Both the position numbers and the translations under genes were made by a program. The notes under the pieces are model-generated. The model saw only the letters and a program-made list of their open reading frames with translations. It was not told the DNA's origin and did not search any database. Positions 20,188 through 29,368 of a DNA stretch of 64,000 nt are shown here, piece by piece (positions within the stretch are counted from its first letter, which is position 1; each line of letters begins with the position of its first letter). This DNA comes from Propionibacteriaceae bacterium (GTDB taxonomy: Bacteria; Actinomycetota; Actinomycetes; Propionibacteriales; Propionibacteriaceae): positions 56,537 to 120,536 of the forward strand of contig JAFKJK010000012.1 in assembly GCA_017306015.1 (NCBI GenBank), read 5' to 3'.

Positions 20188-21867
20188 ATGAACCGAACGC
20201 TCAAAGCCGCCGCCGCAGCCGCAGCCATCGCCCTCACCCTCGCAGGATGCACATCCCCCTCGAAGTCACCAACGGCCACCGGATCCCCGGCCGGCACCTC
20301 GACGGCGATCAAGGAGTCCACGCTCCGCGTCTGGGCCGGTAGCACGACCCCGATCACCATCGACTTCAACCCCTTCCACGTCGACACCGCCCTGTACGGG
20401 ACGTACGGCCAGCTCTACGAGCCCCTGTTCTTCTTCAACCAGCTCTCCTCCGACCCGCCCGTCCCGATGCTCGGCGAGAGCTACACCTACAGCGCGGACG
20501 GCAAGACCATCACCCTCAAGCTGAAGTCCGGCGTGAAGTGGAATGACGGCCAGCCGTTCACCGCCGACGATGTCGTCTTCACGATGGGCTACGGACCCAA
20601 CAAGACCGACAAGCTGATCTCGGCCAAGGCCACCGACGACACCACCGTCGTGCTGACCTACAAGACCGCCCAGTTCACCAACGAGTCCCAACTGCTCGGC
20701 GCCACCATGATGGTTCCCAAGCACATCTGGTCGAAGATCGACAACTACATGAAGGAGACGAACAAGGAGCCGGTCAGCACCGGGGCCTACGTCGTCAAGA
20801 CCACCTCGGACGCGTCCTACACACTGTCCGCGAACCCCAACTACCGCGCCCCGGTGCCGATCACCAACGTCCAGTTCCTCGGCATCGACTCCAACCAGTC
20901 CGGCCAGGACCTGCTCACCACCGGCCAGATCGACTGGACGGGCATGTTCATCGCCAATCCGGACGAGGTCACCGCCAGCGGAGCCATCGGCACGATGAAC
21001 CAGCAGCAGGACCCGACCACGATCGTCACCTGCTCGGACGCCTCCAAGGGCTGCAAGGGCGACCAGACCGACGTCGCCGTCCGCCAGGCCATCAACGTGG
21101 CCATCGACCGTAGCCAGCTCGCTGAGAAGGCATGGGTGAACCTCGTCGGCAAGGCCAATCCGGCGTTCGTCCTGCTGCCCCGGGACGCGCAGTGGCTGAG
21201 CGACCAGTCCCTGGCCGAGAGCCCGCAGACCGCGGACGCGGCCAAGGCCGGCCAGATCCTCGAGACCGCCGGCTACACCAAGGACGCCAAGGGCTTCTAC
21301 GGCAAGAACGGCAAGGCGATCAGCCTCGACCTGTTCTCGCCGGACGGCTGGACCGACTACAACGACGCCGCCAAGCTGATCGCCGAACAGGCCGGCAAGG
21401 CGGGCATCAAGATCACCCCGCGGACCGTGTCCGAGGCCGAATACTGGACGCCGGTCACCAACGGCGACTTCCAGCTGGCCATGTACGGGCTGACCCAGTC
21501 GATCGTCGCCGATCCGTTCAGCAACTACGACCAGTACTTCAACGGGCTCTCGACGGCGAAGGTCGGCGACGGTCCGACCCGCGGCCAGAACTACTCCCGC
21601 TACTCCAACGCGACCGTCGACGCCGCGATCGAGGCGGCCGGAGCTACGAACGACCAGGCGACGAAGAAGGCCGCGTACGCGAAGATCCAGGCCCAGATCG
21701 CCGTAGACCTGCCGTACATCCCGGTGGTGCTGAATGCGTCCCAGGCCTTCTTCAACGTGAAGAACTTCACCGGCTGGCCGAGCGACGACAACCTGTACGC
21801 CGACCCGCTGCCGTACCTTTCGGTAGCACCGGCGATCGTCCTGCTGAACCTCAGGCCGGCGCAGTGA
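20188..21867 (+). CDS. ABC transporter substrate-binding lipoprotein, family 5 (peptide/nickel/oligosaccharide type)
   Basis: 559 aa; lipoprotein signal with LTLAGC; RBS gaaggag; size and sequence style match SBP_bac_5. It leads an operon with two permeases and two ATPases. Confidence 0.85.
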   Translation: MNRTLKAAAAAAAIALTLAGCTSPSKSPTATGSPAGTSTAIKESTLRVWAGSTTPITIDFNPFHVDTALYGTYGQLYEPLFFFNQLSSDPPVPMLGESYTYSADGKTITLKLKSGVKWNDGQPFTADDVVFTMGYGPNKTDKLISAKATDDTTVVLTYKTAQFTNESQLLGATMMVPKHIWSKIDNYMKETNKEPVSTGAYVVKTTSDASYTLSANPNYRAPVPITNVQFLGIDSNQSGQDLLTTGQIDWTGMFIANPDEVTASGAIGTMNQQQDPTTIVTCSDASKGCKGDQTDVAVRQAINVAIDRSQLAEKAWVNLVGKANPAFVLLPRDAQWLSDQSLAESPQTADAAKAGQILETAGYTKDAKGFYGKNGKAISLDLFSPDGWTDYNDAAKLIAEQAGKAGIKITPRTVSEAEYWTPVTNGDFQLAMYGLTQSIVADPFSNYDQYFNGLSTAKVGDGPTRGQNYSRYSNATVDAAIEAAGATNDQATKKAAYAKIQAQIAVDLPYIPVVLNASQAFFNVKNFTGWPSDDNLYADPLPYLSVAPAIVLLNLRPAQ

Positions 21868-21892
21868 TCCGAGCCGCCGCAGGGAGGATGGC

Positions 21893-22897
21893 ATGAAGTT
21901 CTACCTGCGGCGGATCGCCTTCTACATCATCACTGTCTGGGCGGCCGTCTCGCTGAACTTCGTGCTGCCCAGGATGATGCCCGGCGATCCCGCCGCGATC
22001 ATGATCGGCAAGCTGCGTCGCGCCAGTGGTGGACGGCAGCTGTCGGAGGAGGTGATCCGTTCGATCTACGCCCTGCTGGGCGCGGACAAGAACATGTCCC
22101 TGTGGGACCAGTACCTGGCCTACTGGGGACGGCTGCTGCAGGGAGACCTCGGACTGTCGTCCACCCGGTACCCGTATCCGGTGGTCGAACTGATCGCCAA
22201 CGCCCTGCCGTGGACGCTGTTCATGGTGGGGACGGCGACCGTGATCTCGTTCGTCCTCGGCATCGTCGGCGGGGCCTGGGTCGGCTGGAAGCGCGGGACG
22301 TGGCTCGACCAGCTGGTGCCGGCCACGTCCCTGCTGCAGTCGATCCCCTACTTCTGGCTGGCACTGGTGCTGGTGGCCGTCTTCGCCGTCCAGCTCGGCT
22401 GGCTGCCGATCGTCGGCGCCTACGACCCGTTCGACTTCCCGTCCGGGCCGGAATGGAGCTGGGAGTTCGTCGCGTCAGCGCTGCAGCACGCCTTCCTGCC
22501 GGCGCTGACGATCGTGATCTCCTCGGTCGGCGGCTGGCTGCTCGGCATGCGCAACATGATGGTGTCCACGATGAGCGAGGACTACGTCCTCACCGCGGAG
22601 GCGAAGGGGCTCAAGCCGTCGCGGATCCGCGACCGGTACGCCGCCCGCAACGCGTCCATCCCGTCGCTGGCCGGCTTCAGCATCGCGCTGGCGTTCGTCG
22701 TGGCCGGGTCGATCGTGACCGAGCAGGTGTTCAGCTATCCCGGCATCGGCAAGCTGATGATCCAGTCGGTGCAGGGCCTGGACTACACCCTGATGCAGGG
22801 CGTCTTCCTGGTGATCACCTTGACCGTCCTCGCCGCCAACTTCCTGATGGACCTGCTGTACGGCCTGATCGACCCGAGGGTGCGCAATGACCTCTGA
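21893..22897 (+). CDS. ABC transporter permease (DppB/OppB-like)
   Basis: 334 aa, six TM helices, N-terminus MKFYLRRIAFYIITVW typical of OppB, and an EAA-like loop (TAEAKGLKPSRIRDRYAARNA). Confidence 0.88.
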   Translation: MKFYLRRIAFYIITVWAAVSLNFVLPRMMPGDPAAIMIGKLRRASGGRQLSEEVIRSIYALLGADKNMSLWDQYLAYWGRLLQGDLGLSSTRYPYPVVELIANALPWTLFMVGTATVISFVLGIVGGAWVGWKRGTWLDQLVPATSLLQSIPYFWLALVLVAVFAVQLGWLPIVGAYDPFDFPSGPEWSWEFVASALQHAFLPALTIVISSVGGWLLGMRNMMVSTMSEDYVLTAEAKGLKPSRIRDRYAARNASIPSLAGFSIALAFVVAGSIVTEQVFSYPGIGKLMIQSVQGLDYTLMQGVFLVITLTVLAANFLMDLLYGLIDPRVRNDL

Positions 22898-23861
22898 CCA
22901 CAGCCCCGGCGCGAAGGCGGACCGGTTCGCCGGCGTCCGCTACCTGATGCCCACCTGGTCGGCCAAGCTCGGCGTCGGTCTGGTCCTCGTCGTGCTCATC
23001 GTGGCGTTCGGCCTCGTCGGCCCGGTGTTCGCCGTCGACCCGCGCGACTCCAGCTACAAGGGGCTGCAGCCGCCGTCCAGCGAGCACCTGCTGGGGACGA
23101 CCAAGCTCGGCTACGACGTGTTCGCCCAACTGGCCACCGGGACGCGCGAGTCGCTGTACGTCGGCCTGGTCGGCGGCCTGGTGGCGATGTTCCTGGCGAT
23201 CGTGTTCGGGATCATCGCCGGGTACTTCGGCGGCTGGCTGGACGACATCCTCATGCTGGCCACCAACATCATGCTGGTGATTCCCGGCCTGCCGCTGGTG
23301 ATGGTGATCGCCGCCTACGTCCAGAACACCGAGGGGCTCGGCGACTTCGCCCGCTCCGCCACGCTGGTGGCGATGATCCTCGGCGTCACCGGCTGGGCCG
23401 GCTCGGCGGTGGTGCTCCGGGCCCAGGCCCGGTCGTTGCGGACGCGCGAGTACGTCTATGCGTCCCGGGTGGCCGGTGAGAAGGGGTTGCGGATCATCTT
23501 CGTCGAGATCCTGCCGAACCTGGTGCCGCTGATCGCGGCCCAGCTGATCTTCGGCGTGATGGCCGCCGTCCTCGGCGAGGCCGGGCTGAGCTACCTCGGC
23601 CTCGGTCCGACCAACTCGATCACCCTGGGCACGATGCTGAACGACGCGCAGACCGGGCAGGCGGTCGGCTCCCACGCGTGGTGGTGGTTCGTGCCACCCG
23701 GCGTCATGATCGCGCTGCTCGGCACCGGGCTGGCCCTGGTCAACTTCGCGATCGACGAGATCGTCAACCCCAAGCTGCGCCTGGCCCCGAAGGCCGCCCG
23801 GCAGCAGCGCAAGGCGATGAAGGCCGGCAAGGGTGTCGCCGGAGGAGGTGCGTACGCATGA
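22887..23861 (+). CDS. ABC transporter permease (DppC/OppC-like)
   Basis: 324 aa, OppC-like (HLLGTTKLGYDVFAQL, EYVYASRVAGEKGLRII). It overlaps the upstream permease gene by 11 nt. Confidence 0.88.
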   Translation: MTSDHSPGAKADRFAGVRYLMPTWSAKLGVGLVLVVLIVAFGLVGPVFAVDPRDSSYKGLQPPSSEHLLGTTKLGYDVFAQLATGTRESLYVGLVGGLVAMFLAIVFGIIAGYFGGWLDDILMLATNIMLVIPGLPLVMVIAAYVQNTEGLGDFARSATLVAMILGVTGWAGSAVVLRAQARSLRTREYVYASRVAGEKGLRIIFVEILPNLVPLIAAQLIFGVMAAVLGEAGLSYLGLGPTNSITLGTMLNDAQTGQAVGSHAWWWFVPPGVMIALLGTGLALVNFAIDEIVNPKLRLAPKAARQQRKAMKAGKGVAGGGAYA

Positions 23862-25282
23862 GTTCACCTGACGGATCCACCATGCCTGTCGCCCCCGCCC
23901 GTCCGGTTACCCCCACCCCTCCTGTCACCTCAACCACTTCTGATACTCCTGCCACTTCTGTCACCTCCACCCCGCCTGTCACTTCAACCCTTCCTGTCAC
24001 TCCCGCCACTTCTGTCACCCCCACCCCTCCCGTCAGCTCCACCCCTCCCGTCATCCCGGCGAAAGCCGGGATCCCCGGACGCCTGACCGGGATCCCGGGT
24101 CAAGCCCGGGATGACGAAGCGGGGCGGAACGATGACGAAGCGGGGCGAGATGATGACGAAGCGCGGCTGGACAACGAAGGACGGGCGGTTCTCACCGCGA
24201 AGCACGTGTCGATCACCTACGAGGTCGACCCGCCCGTGGACGCCGTCCGCGACGTCTCGCTGACCTTGCACCGTGGCGAGATCCTCGGCCTGGCCGGGGA
24301 GTCCGGCTGCGGCAAGACCACCTTCGCGTACGGCGTGAACCGGCTGCTGAAGGCGCCGGCGGTGATGACCTCCGGCGAGGTCACCTTCCACGACCGTTCC
24401 GAGGGCGACATCGACGTCGGCTCCCTGGACGCGGAGGAGCTGCGCCAATTCCGCTGGGACAAGGTGTCGATGGTCTTCCAGGGGTCGATGAACTCGCTCA
24501 ACCCGGTGATGACCGTCCGGAACCAGCTCGCCGACGTGTTCACGACCCACCGTCCCGAGCTCCCGGGGCACGCCCGCGACGCCCGCTGCGCCGAACTGCT
24601 GCAACTGGTCGGGGTCGACCCGGGCCGGCTGTCGGCCTATCCGCACGAGCTCTCCGGCGGCATGCGGCAGCGGGTGATGATCGCGATGGCGCTGGCGCTG
24701 GATCCGCAGCTGATGATCATGGACGAGCCCACCACCGCGCTGGACGTGCTCGTGCAACGCGGTATCATCCGGCAGATCATGCGGCTGCGGGAGCGCCTCG
24801 GCTTCGCGGTGATCTTCATCACCCACGACCTGCCGCTGCTGATCGAGATCAGCGACCGGATCGCGATCATGCGCGACGGCCAGATCGTCGAGACCGGGAC
24901 GGCCGAGCGGATCTACCGCGACCCGCAGCACGACTACACCAAGCAGTTGCTCGCCAGCTTCCCGAGCCTCACCGGGGAACGCGGCGGCTTCGTCCGCACT
25001 GGATCGCGGGATGGCCGGGACGACATCCCGGTGGGCACCGCGATCTCCGCACGCCAACCAACGGGGATCCCGGGTCATCCCGGCGAAAGCCGGGACCTCG
25101 ACACCGGACCGCACGGCCAGCCATCGGAGATCCCGGGTCGAGCCGGGGACGACACGCGTCGCCGGGACGACACGCGTGGCTGGGACGGCTCGACAGCCCG
25201 GGACGACGAGGGTCGAGCAGGCGGCGACGACGATCGAGCCCGGGATGACGGGTTGCTCAGCGGCGAAGGAGGCGAGCGATGA
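23858..25282 (+). CDS. ABC transporter ATP-binding protein (OppD/DppD-like) with repeat-derived N- and C-terminal extensions
   Basis: Core: Walker A GESGCGKTT, signature LSGGMRQRV, Walker B LMIMDEPTTALD. ATG 23858 overlaps the upstream stop. An alternative GTG start at 24206 would remove the PT-rich, hairpin-encoded N-terminal ~115 aa. No in-frame stop occurs before 25282, so the ~95-aa C-terminal extension must be translated. Confidence 0.8.
   Translation: MSSPDGSTMPVAPARPVTPTPPVTSTTSDTPATSVTSTPPVTSTLPVTPATSVTPTPPVSSTPPVIPAKAGIPGRLTGIPGQARDDEAGRNDDEAGRDDDEARLDNEGRAVLTAKHVSITYEVDPPVDAVRDVSLTLHRGEILGLAGESGCGKTTFAYGVNRLLKAPAVMTSGEVTFHDRSEGDIDVGSLDAEELRQFRWDKVSMVFQGSMNSLNPVMTVRNQLADVFTTHRPELPGHARDARCAELLQLVGVDPGRLSAYPHELSGGMRQRVMIAMALALDPQLMIMDEPTTALDVLVQRGIIRQIMRLRERLGFAVIFITHDLPLLIEISDRIAIMRDGQIVETGTAERIYRDPQHDYTKQLLASFPSLTGERGGFVRTGSRDGRDDIPVGTAISARQPTGIPGHPGESRDLDTGPHGQPSEIPGRAGDDTRRRDDTRGWDGSTARDDEGRAGGDDDRARDDGLLSGEGGER
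23880..24165. repeat. Repeat block at the 5' end of the ATPase gene: short cctgtcac-type repeats, family-2 hairpins H2 and H1, then an 18-bp gatgacgaagcggggcgg-type repeat x3
   Basis: tcatcccggcgaaagccgggatcc (24053) and gatcccgggtcaagcccgggatgac (24090) match the units of the 40.3-41.2 kb array. Confidence 0.85.
25068..25150. repeat. Family-2 hairpins inside the 3' extension of the ATPase gene
   Basis: tcccgggtcatcccggcgaaagccgggacc (25068-25097) and gatcccgggtcgagccggggacgac (~25128). The first matches 37529-37558 with one mismatch. Confidence 0.85.
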
Positions 25283-26109
25283 GCGCGCACAGCCTCGAGG
25301 TGCGCGGCCTGGTCAAGGACTTCCGGCTGCGCAACGGCCTGAAGCTCTCCACCCTGCGCGCGGTGAACGACGTCTCGTTCACCCTTGTCCCGGGACGGAC
25401 GCTGGCGCTGGTCGGCGAGTCGGGCTCCGGCAAGTCCACGATCGCCAGGATCATCGCCAAGCTGGAGATCCCGACGTCCGGCGAGGTGCTGCTGGACGGC
25501 GAGACGACCCGGTTCCGCGGCGACCACAGCGCGTACCGCCGCCAGGTCCAGATGGTGTTCCAGGACCCGTTCGCGTCCCTCAACCCGTTCCACTCGATCG
25601 CCCACCACATCGCGCGTCCGCTGCACATCCACCACCCGGAGCTGAAGCCGGCCGAGGTCCGCGACCGGACGGTGGCACTGCTGGAACGGGTCTCGCTCGG
25701 TGCGACGTATCTGCAGCGCCGTCCGCACGAACTCTCCGGCGGGCAGCGGCAACGGGTGGCCATCGCCCGCGCGCTGGCGCCCGGCGCGCGGTTCATCATC
25801 GCCGACGAGCCGGTCTCGATGCTGGACGTGTCGATCCGGGTCGGCGTGCTGAACCTGCTCGCCGAGCTGCAGCGGGACGAGGGCCTCGGGGTGCTCTACA
25901 TCACCCACGACCTGGCCACGGCCCGGCACTTCTCCGACGAGATCATGGTGATGTACCGCGGTGACATCGTCGAGCGCGGTCCGGCCGATGATGTCATCCT
26001 GAACCCCCAGCACGACTACACGCAGCGACTGCGGGAGGCGGCGGCCGATCCAGACCGGCTCGGCCAGCTCCGCGACGAGGTCCGCGCTGAACTGGCGAAG
26101 GAGCGGTGA
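25279..26109 (+). CDS. ABC transporter ATP-binding protein (OppF/DppF-like)
   Basis: 276 aa; Walker A GESGSGKST, signature LSGGQRQRV, Walker B FIIADEPVSMLD. Its start overlaps the upstream stop (ATGA). Confidence 0.9.
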   Translation: MSAHSLEVRGLVKDFRLRNGLKLSTLRAVNDVSFTLVPGRTLALVGESGSGKSTIARIIAKLEIPTSGEVLLDGETTRFRGDHSAYRRQVQMVFQDPFASLNPFHSIAHHIARPLHIHHPELKPAEVRDRTVALLERVSLGATYLQRRPHELSGGQRQRVAIARALAPGARFIIADEPVSMLDVSIRVGVLNLLAELQRDEGLGVLYITHDLATARHFSDEIMVMYRGDIVERGPADDVILNPQHDYTQRLREAAADPDRLGQLRDEVRAELAKER

Positions 26110-27159
26110 TGGCAGACCGGGGGACGCCCGCCTGGCTCCGCACCCAGAACGACCGCAACGCCCTGCGGCTGCTGCTCAACCACGGGCCGCTCAGCCGGAC
26201 CCAGCTCGGCGAGCTGTCCGGGTTGTCGAAGCCGACGGCCGGGGCGATGCTGCAGCGTCTGGAACAGGCGGGCCTGGTGGCGCCGGTCGGCGCGATCACC
26301 GACGCCCGCGGCCCGAACGCGACCACGTACGGCGTCCGCTCCGACGCGCTCGTCGGCGTCGCAGTCAGCGTCCTGGACGATCGGCTGGAGGCTGTCGCGG
26401 TGGACGCCACGGACGCCGTCCATCCGATGGCGGAGGTGTTCACGGCGAGCCTGCACCGGGCCCCGGTCGACGACGTCGAGGCGGCCGTCCGCGCTGCCTG
26501 CAGTGCCGCCGGCCTGGCCGAAGACACCGTCCGCGTCGTGGCAGTCGGGGTGCAGGCGGCCATCAACGCCGAGGCCGACGAGCTGGCCTTCACGGACACG
26601 CTCCCCGGCTGGCCAGCCACCGGAGCGGCGAGGATCATCGCGGACGGCACCGGCCGGGACGTCATCCTCGACAACGACGTGAACCTGGCCACCATCGCCG
26701 AGCGCGGCGCGTCCGGGGAGAACGACTTCGTCTACCTGTGGCTCGGCACCGGCCTGGGCGCCGGGATCGACATCGCCGGTCGGGTGCAGCGGGGCACGTC
26801 CGGGTCGGCGGGTGAGATCGGGTACCTGGAGGTGCCGCGGTCGGCGGCGTCCCTCGACCCGGAGGCGCACGACTTCACCGACCTGCTGGGCGGTCCGGCG
26901 ATCGCGCGGCTGCTGGGAGCCCCGACGCTCGCCGAGGCGCTCCGGCTGCTCCCCGGCAACGAACCCGCGCTCGAAGCGATCGCCCGGGCTGGCCGGCGGC
27001 GACCGGCTGGCCGAGCTCGTCGCCGAACGGCTCGGCGCGGACCGCGTCCGGGTGCGAACGGGACGCTCCAGTGAGCGTCCGGTCCTGCAGGGCGCGCGGG
27101 CACTGCTGGTCTCACGGCTGCGGCAACGGCTGGAAGCACGAATCGAGGAGGACGCATGA
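26106..27159 (+). pseudogene. ROK-family transcriptional regulator, apparently frameshifted near 26985
   Basis: N-terminal wHTH (NALRLLLNHGPLSRTQLGELSGLSKPTAGAMLQRLEQAGLV) and a ROK core (LGTGLGAGIDIAGRVQRGTSGSAGEIGYL) lie in frame 0. A plausible C-terminus (LAGGDRLAELVAERLGADRVRV...PVLQGARALL) is in the +1 frame and ends at 27159, overlapping the GH4 start by ATGA. Confidence 0.6.
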
Positions 27160-28409
27160 AGCTCACCATCGTCGGCGGCGGCTCGACGTACACCCCGGAA
27201 CTGATCGACGGCTTCAGCCGGCACCCGGAGCTGGATCTGACCGAGATCCACCTCGTCGACCCGGACGCGCACCGCGTCGAGCTGGTCGCCGGGGTGTCCC
27301 GGCGGATGCTGGCGCGCGCCGGCCACCCGGCCCGGGTGGTGGCGGGCAACGACCTCGTCGCGGGCGTCGCCGATGCCGACTTCGTGCTGCTGCAGCTGCG
27401 GGTCGGGGGCCAGGCCACCCGGCAGCAGGACGAGACCTGGCCGCACGACGTGCACTGCATCGGCCAGGAGACGACCGGCCCGGGCGGCTTTGCCAAGGCC
27501 CTGCGGACGGTGCCCCAAGTGCTGTCGATCGCCGAGACCGTGCGGACGCACGCGCGTCCGGGCACCTGGATCATCGACTTCACCAATCCCGTCGGGATCG
27601 TCACCCGGGCGCTGCTGGAGGCCGGCCACCAGGCCGTCGGACTGTGCAACGTGGCGATCGGCTTCCAGCGCCGCTTCGCAGCCGCGCTCGGCGTCCACCC
27701 CGACGAGGTCGGCCTCGGCCACGTCGGCCTCAACCACCTCACCTGGGAGCGCAGCGTCGTCGTGGACGGCCAGGACCGGCTGCCCGGCATGCTCGCCGAC
27801 AGCCTCGGTGAACTCGCCGAGGAAGTGGAACTCGCCCCGGCCCTGCTCGCCCAGCTCGGCATGGTGCCGTCCTACTACCTGCGCTACTACTACGCCCACG
27901 ACGAGGTGCTGGCCGAGCAGCTCCGCGAACCCACCCGGGCCGAGGCGGTCAAGGCGATCGAGGACGAGCTGCTGGCGCTCTACGCCGACCCGTCCGTCGA
28001 CACCAAGCCGGCGGCGCTGGAGGGTCGCGGTGGCGCGTTCTACTCCGAGGCGGCGATCGAGCTGATCCTGGCCATCGCCGGCGTCCAGCAGGTCGCGCGC
28101 GTGGTGAACCTGCGCAACGACGGCCTGCTGCCGTTCCTGCCCGACGACCACGTCGTCGAGGTCCCGGCGCGGTTCACCGACGGGCGCTTCGTCGCCGAGC
28201 CGGTGTCTCCGCTGCCGGACGACGTCGCCGGACTGATCGCGGCCGTGGCCGGCTACGAGCGGCTCGCCCTCGACGCCGCCGTCCACGGTGGTCGGGACCG
28301 GGTGCTGCGGGCGATGCGTTCCCACCCGCTGGTGCTGCAGCACGACCGGGCCGAGAGGCTCACCGACCTGCTGATGGCCGCCAACGCGAGGTTCCTGCCA
28401 TGGGCCTGA
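27156..28409 (+). CDS. Glycoside hydrolase family 4, 6-phospho-beta-glucosidase-like
   Basis: 417 aa; MKLTIVGGGSTYTPELIDG (NAD-binding), FTNPVGIVTRAL and GLCNVAIG are GH4 hallmarks. Confidence 0.85.
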   Translation: MKLTIVGGGSTYTPELIDGFSRHPELDLTEIHLVDPDAHRVELVAGVSRRMLARAGHPARVVAGNDLVAGVADADFVLLQLRVGGQATRQQDETWPHDVHCIGQETTGPGGFAKALRTVPQVLSIAETVRTHARPGTWIIDFTNPVGIVTRALLEAGHQAVGLCNVAIGFQRRFAAALGVHPDEVGLGHVGLNHLTWERSVVVDGQDRLPGMLADSLGELAEEVELAPALLAQLGMVPSYYLRYYYAHDEVLAEQLREPTRAEAVKAIEDELLALYADPSVDTKPAALEGRGGAFYSEAAIELILAIAGVQQVARVVNLRNDGLLPFLPDDHVVEVPARFTDGRFVAEPVSPLPDDVAGLIAAVAGYERLALDAAVHGGRDRVLRAMRSHPLVLQHDRAERLTDLLMAANARFLPWA

Positions 28410-29368
28410 ACCCGGTCGTCGTCGCCGTGGACGGCGGCGGCTCGAAGATGGACGCGGTCGCGGTCGACCTGGCCGGGATGGTGGTGGGACGTGCCGTCGG
28501 CCCCGGCGGCTACCCGCAATTCGGCGGGCTGGCACGCTCGGTCGCGCAGGTGGACGGGCTCGTCCGCGCGGTCGCCGGCGGCGCGCCGGTGGTGCGGGCC
28601 GGCCTGTACCGGTGCGGCCTCGACCTGCCCCAGGAGGTGTGGGCGTATCGGGACGCGGTCGCCGGCCGCGACTGGGCGTCCTGCGGCGTCGACGTTGAGA
28701 ACGACCTGTTCGCCCTGCTGCGAGCCGGCACCCGGGAGCCGGACGCGGTCGCGGTGGTCTGCGGCACCGGGATCAACGCGATCGGCCGGCGCGCCGACGG
28801 CGCGGACGTCCGGTTCGCCTCGCTGGGGCGGGTCTCCGGCGACTGGGGCGGCGGAGGCGGCCTCGGCGAGGAGGCGATGTGGCACGCCGCGCGGGCAGAG
28901 GATGGCCGCGGCCCGGCCACTGAGCTGGCGACAGCGGTTCGGGACCACTTCGAGGTGGCCTCGATCGCCGACCTGATCGCGCAGTTCCACTTCGGGCAGC
29001 GCGACACCGATCAACTCCGGGACCTGTCCCCGGACGTGCTGCGGCTGGCCGACTCCGATGCCGTCGCCGGTGCGCTCGTCGACCGACAGGCCGATGAGGT
29101 CGTCACGATGGCCGTGACCTGCCTGCGCCGCCTCCACCTGCTGGAGGCCGCCGTCCCGGTGGTGCTGGGCGGCGGCGTCCTGCGTTCCGGCAACCGGCGG
29201 CTGATGGACGGCATCGCTGCCGGACTGGCCGCCGCCGCACCGCTCGCCCGCATCGTCCACGTGTCGGCCCCGCCGATCCTGGGCGCCGCGCTGCTCACGC
29301 TGGAGGCGGCCGGCGCACCGGCGTCGGCACTGGAGGCGACCACCGAGGCCCTGCGTCACCCCGCCTGA
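28400..29368 (+). CDS. BadF/BadG/BcrA/BcrD-type ATPase (N-acetylglucosamine-kinase-like sugar kinase)
   Basis: 322 aa; VVAVDGGGSKMDAVAV and VCGTGINAIG are ASKHA/BadF-type motifs. The stop TGA (29366-29368) is the first triplet of a family-1 repeat. Confidence 0.75.
   Translation: MGLNPVVVAVDGGGSKMDAVAVDLAGMVVGRAVGPGGYPQFGGLARSVAQVDGLVRAVAGGAPVVRAGLYRCGLDLPQEVWAYRDAVAGRDWASCGVDVENDLFALLRAGTREPDAVAVVCGTGINAIGRRADGADVRFASLGRVSGDWGGGGGLGEEAMWHAARAEDGRGPATELATAVRDHFEVASIADLIAQFHFGQRDTDQLRDLSPDVLRLADSDAVAGALVDRQADEVVTMAVTCLRRLHLLEAAVPVVLGGGVLRSGNRRLMDGIAAGLAAAAPLARIVHVSAPPILGAALLTLEAAGAPASALEATTEALRHPA

Noticed and set aside
19860-20387. 175-aa minus-strand ORF with GAMVPGVGVVG repeats
   Set aside because: It is generated by the 30-bp tandem repeat and overlaps the well-supported SBP start and its RBS. 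No family features are present.
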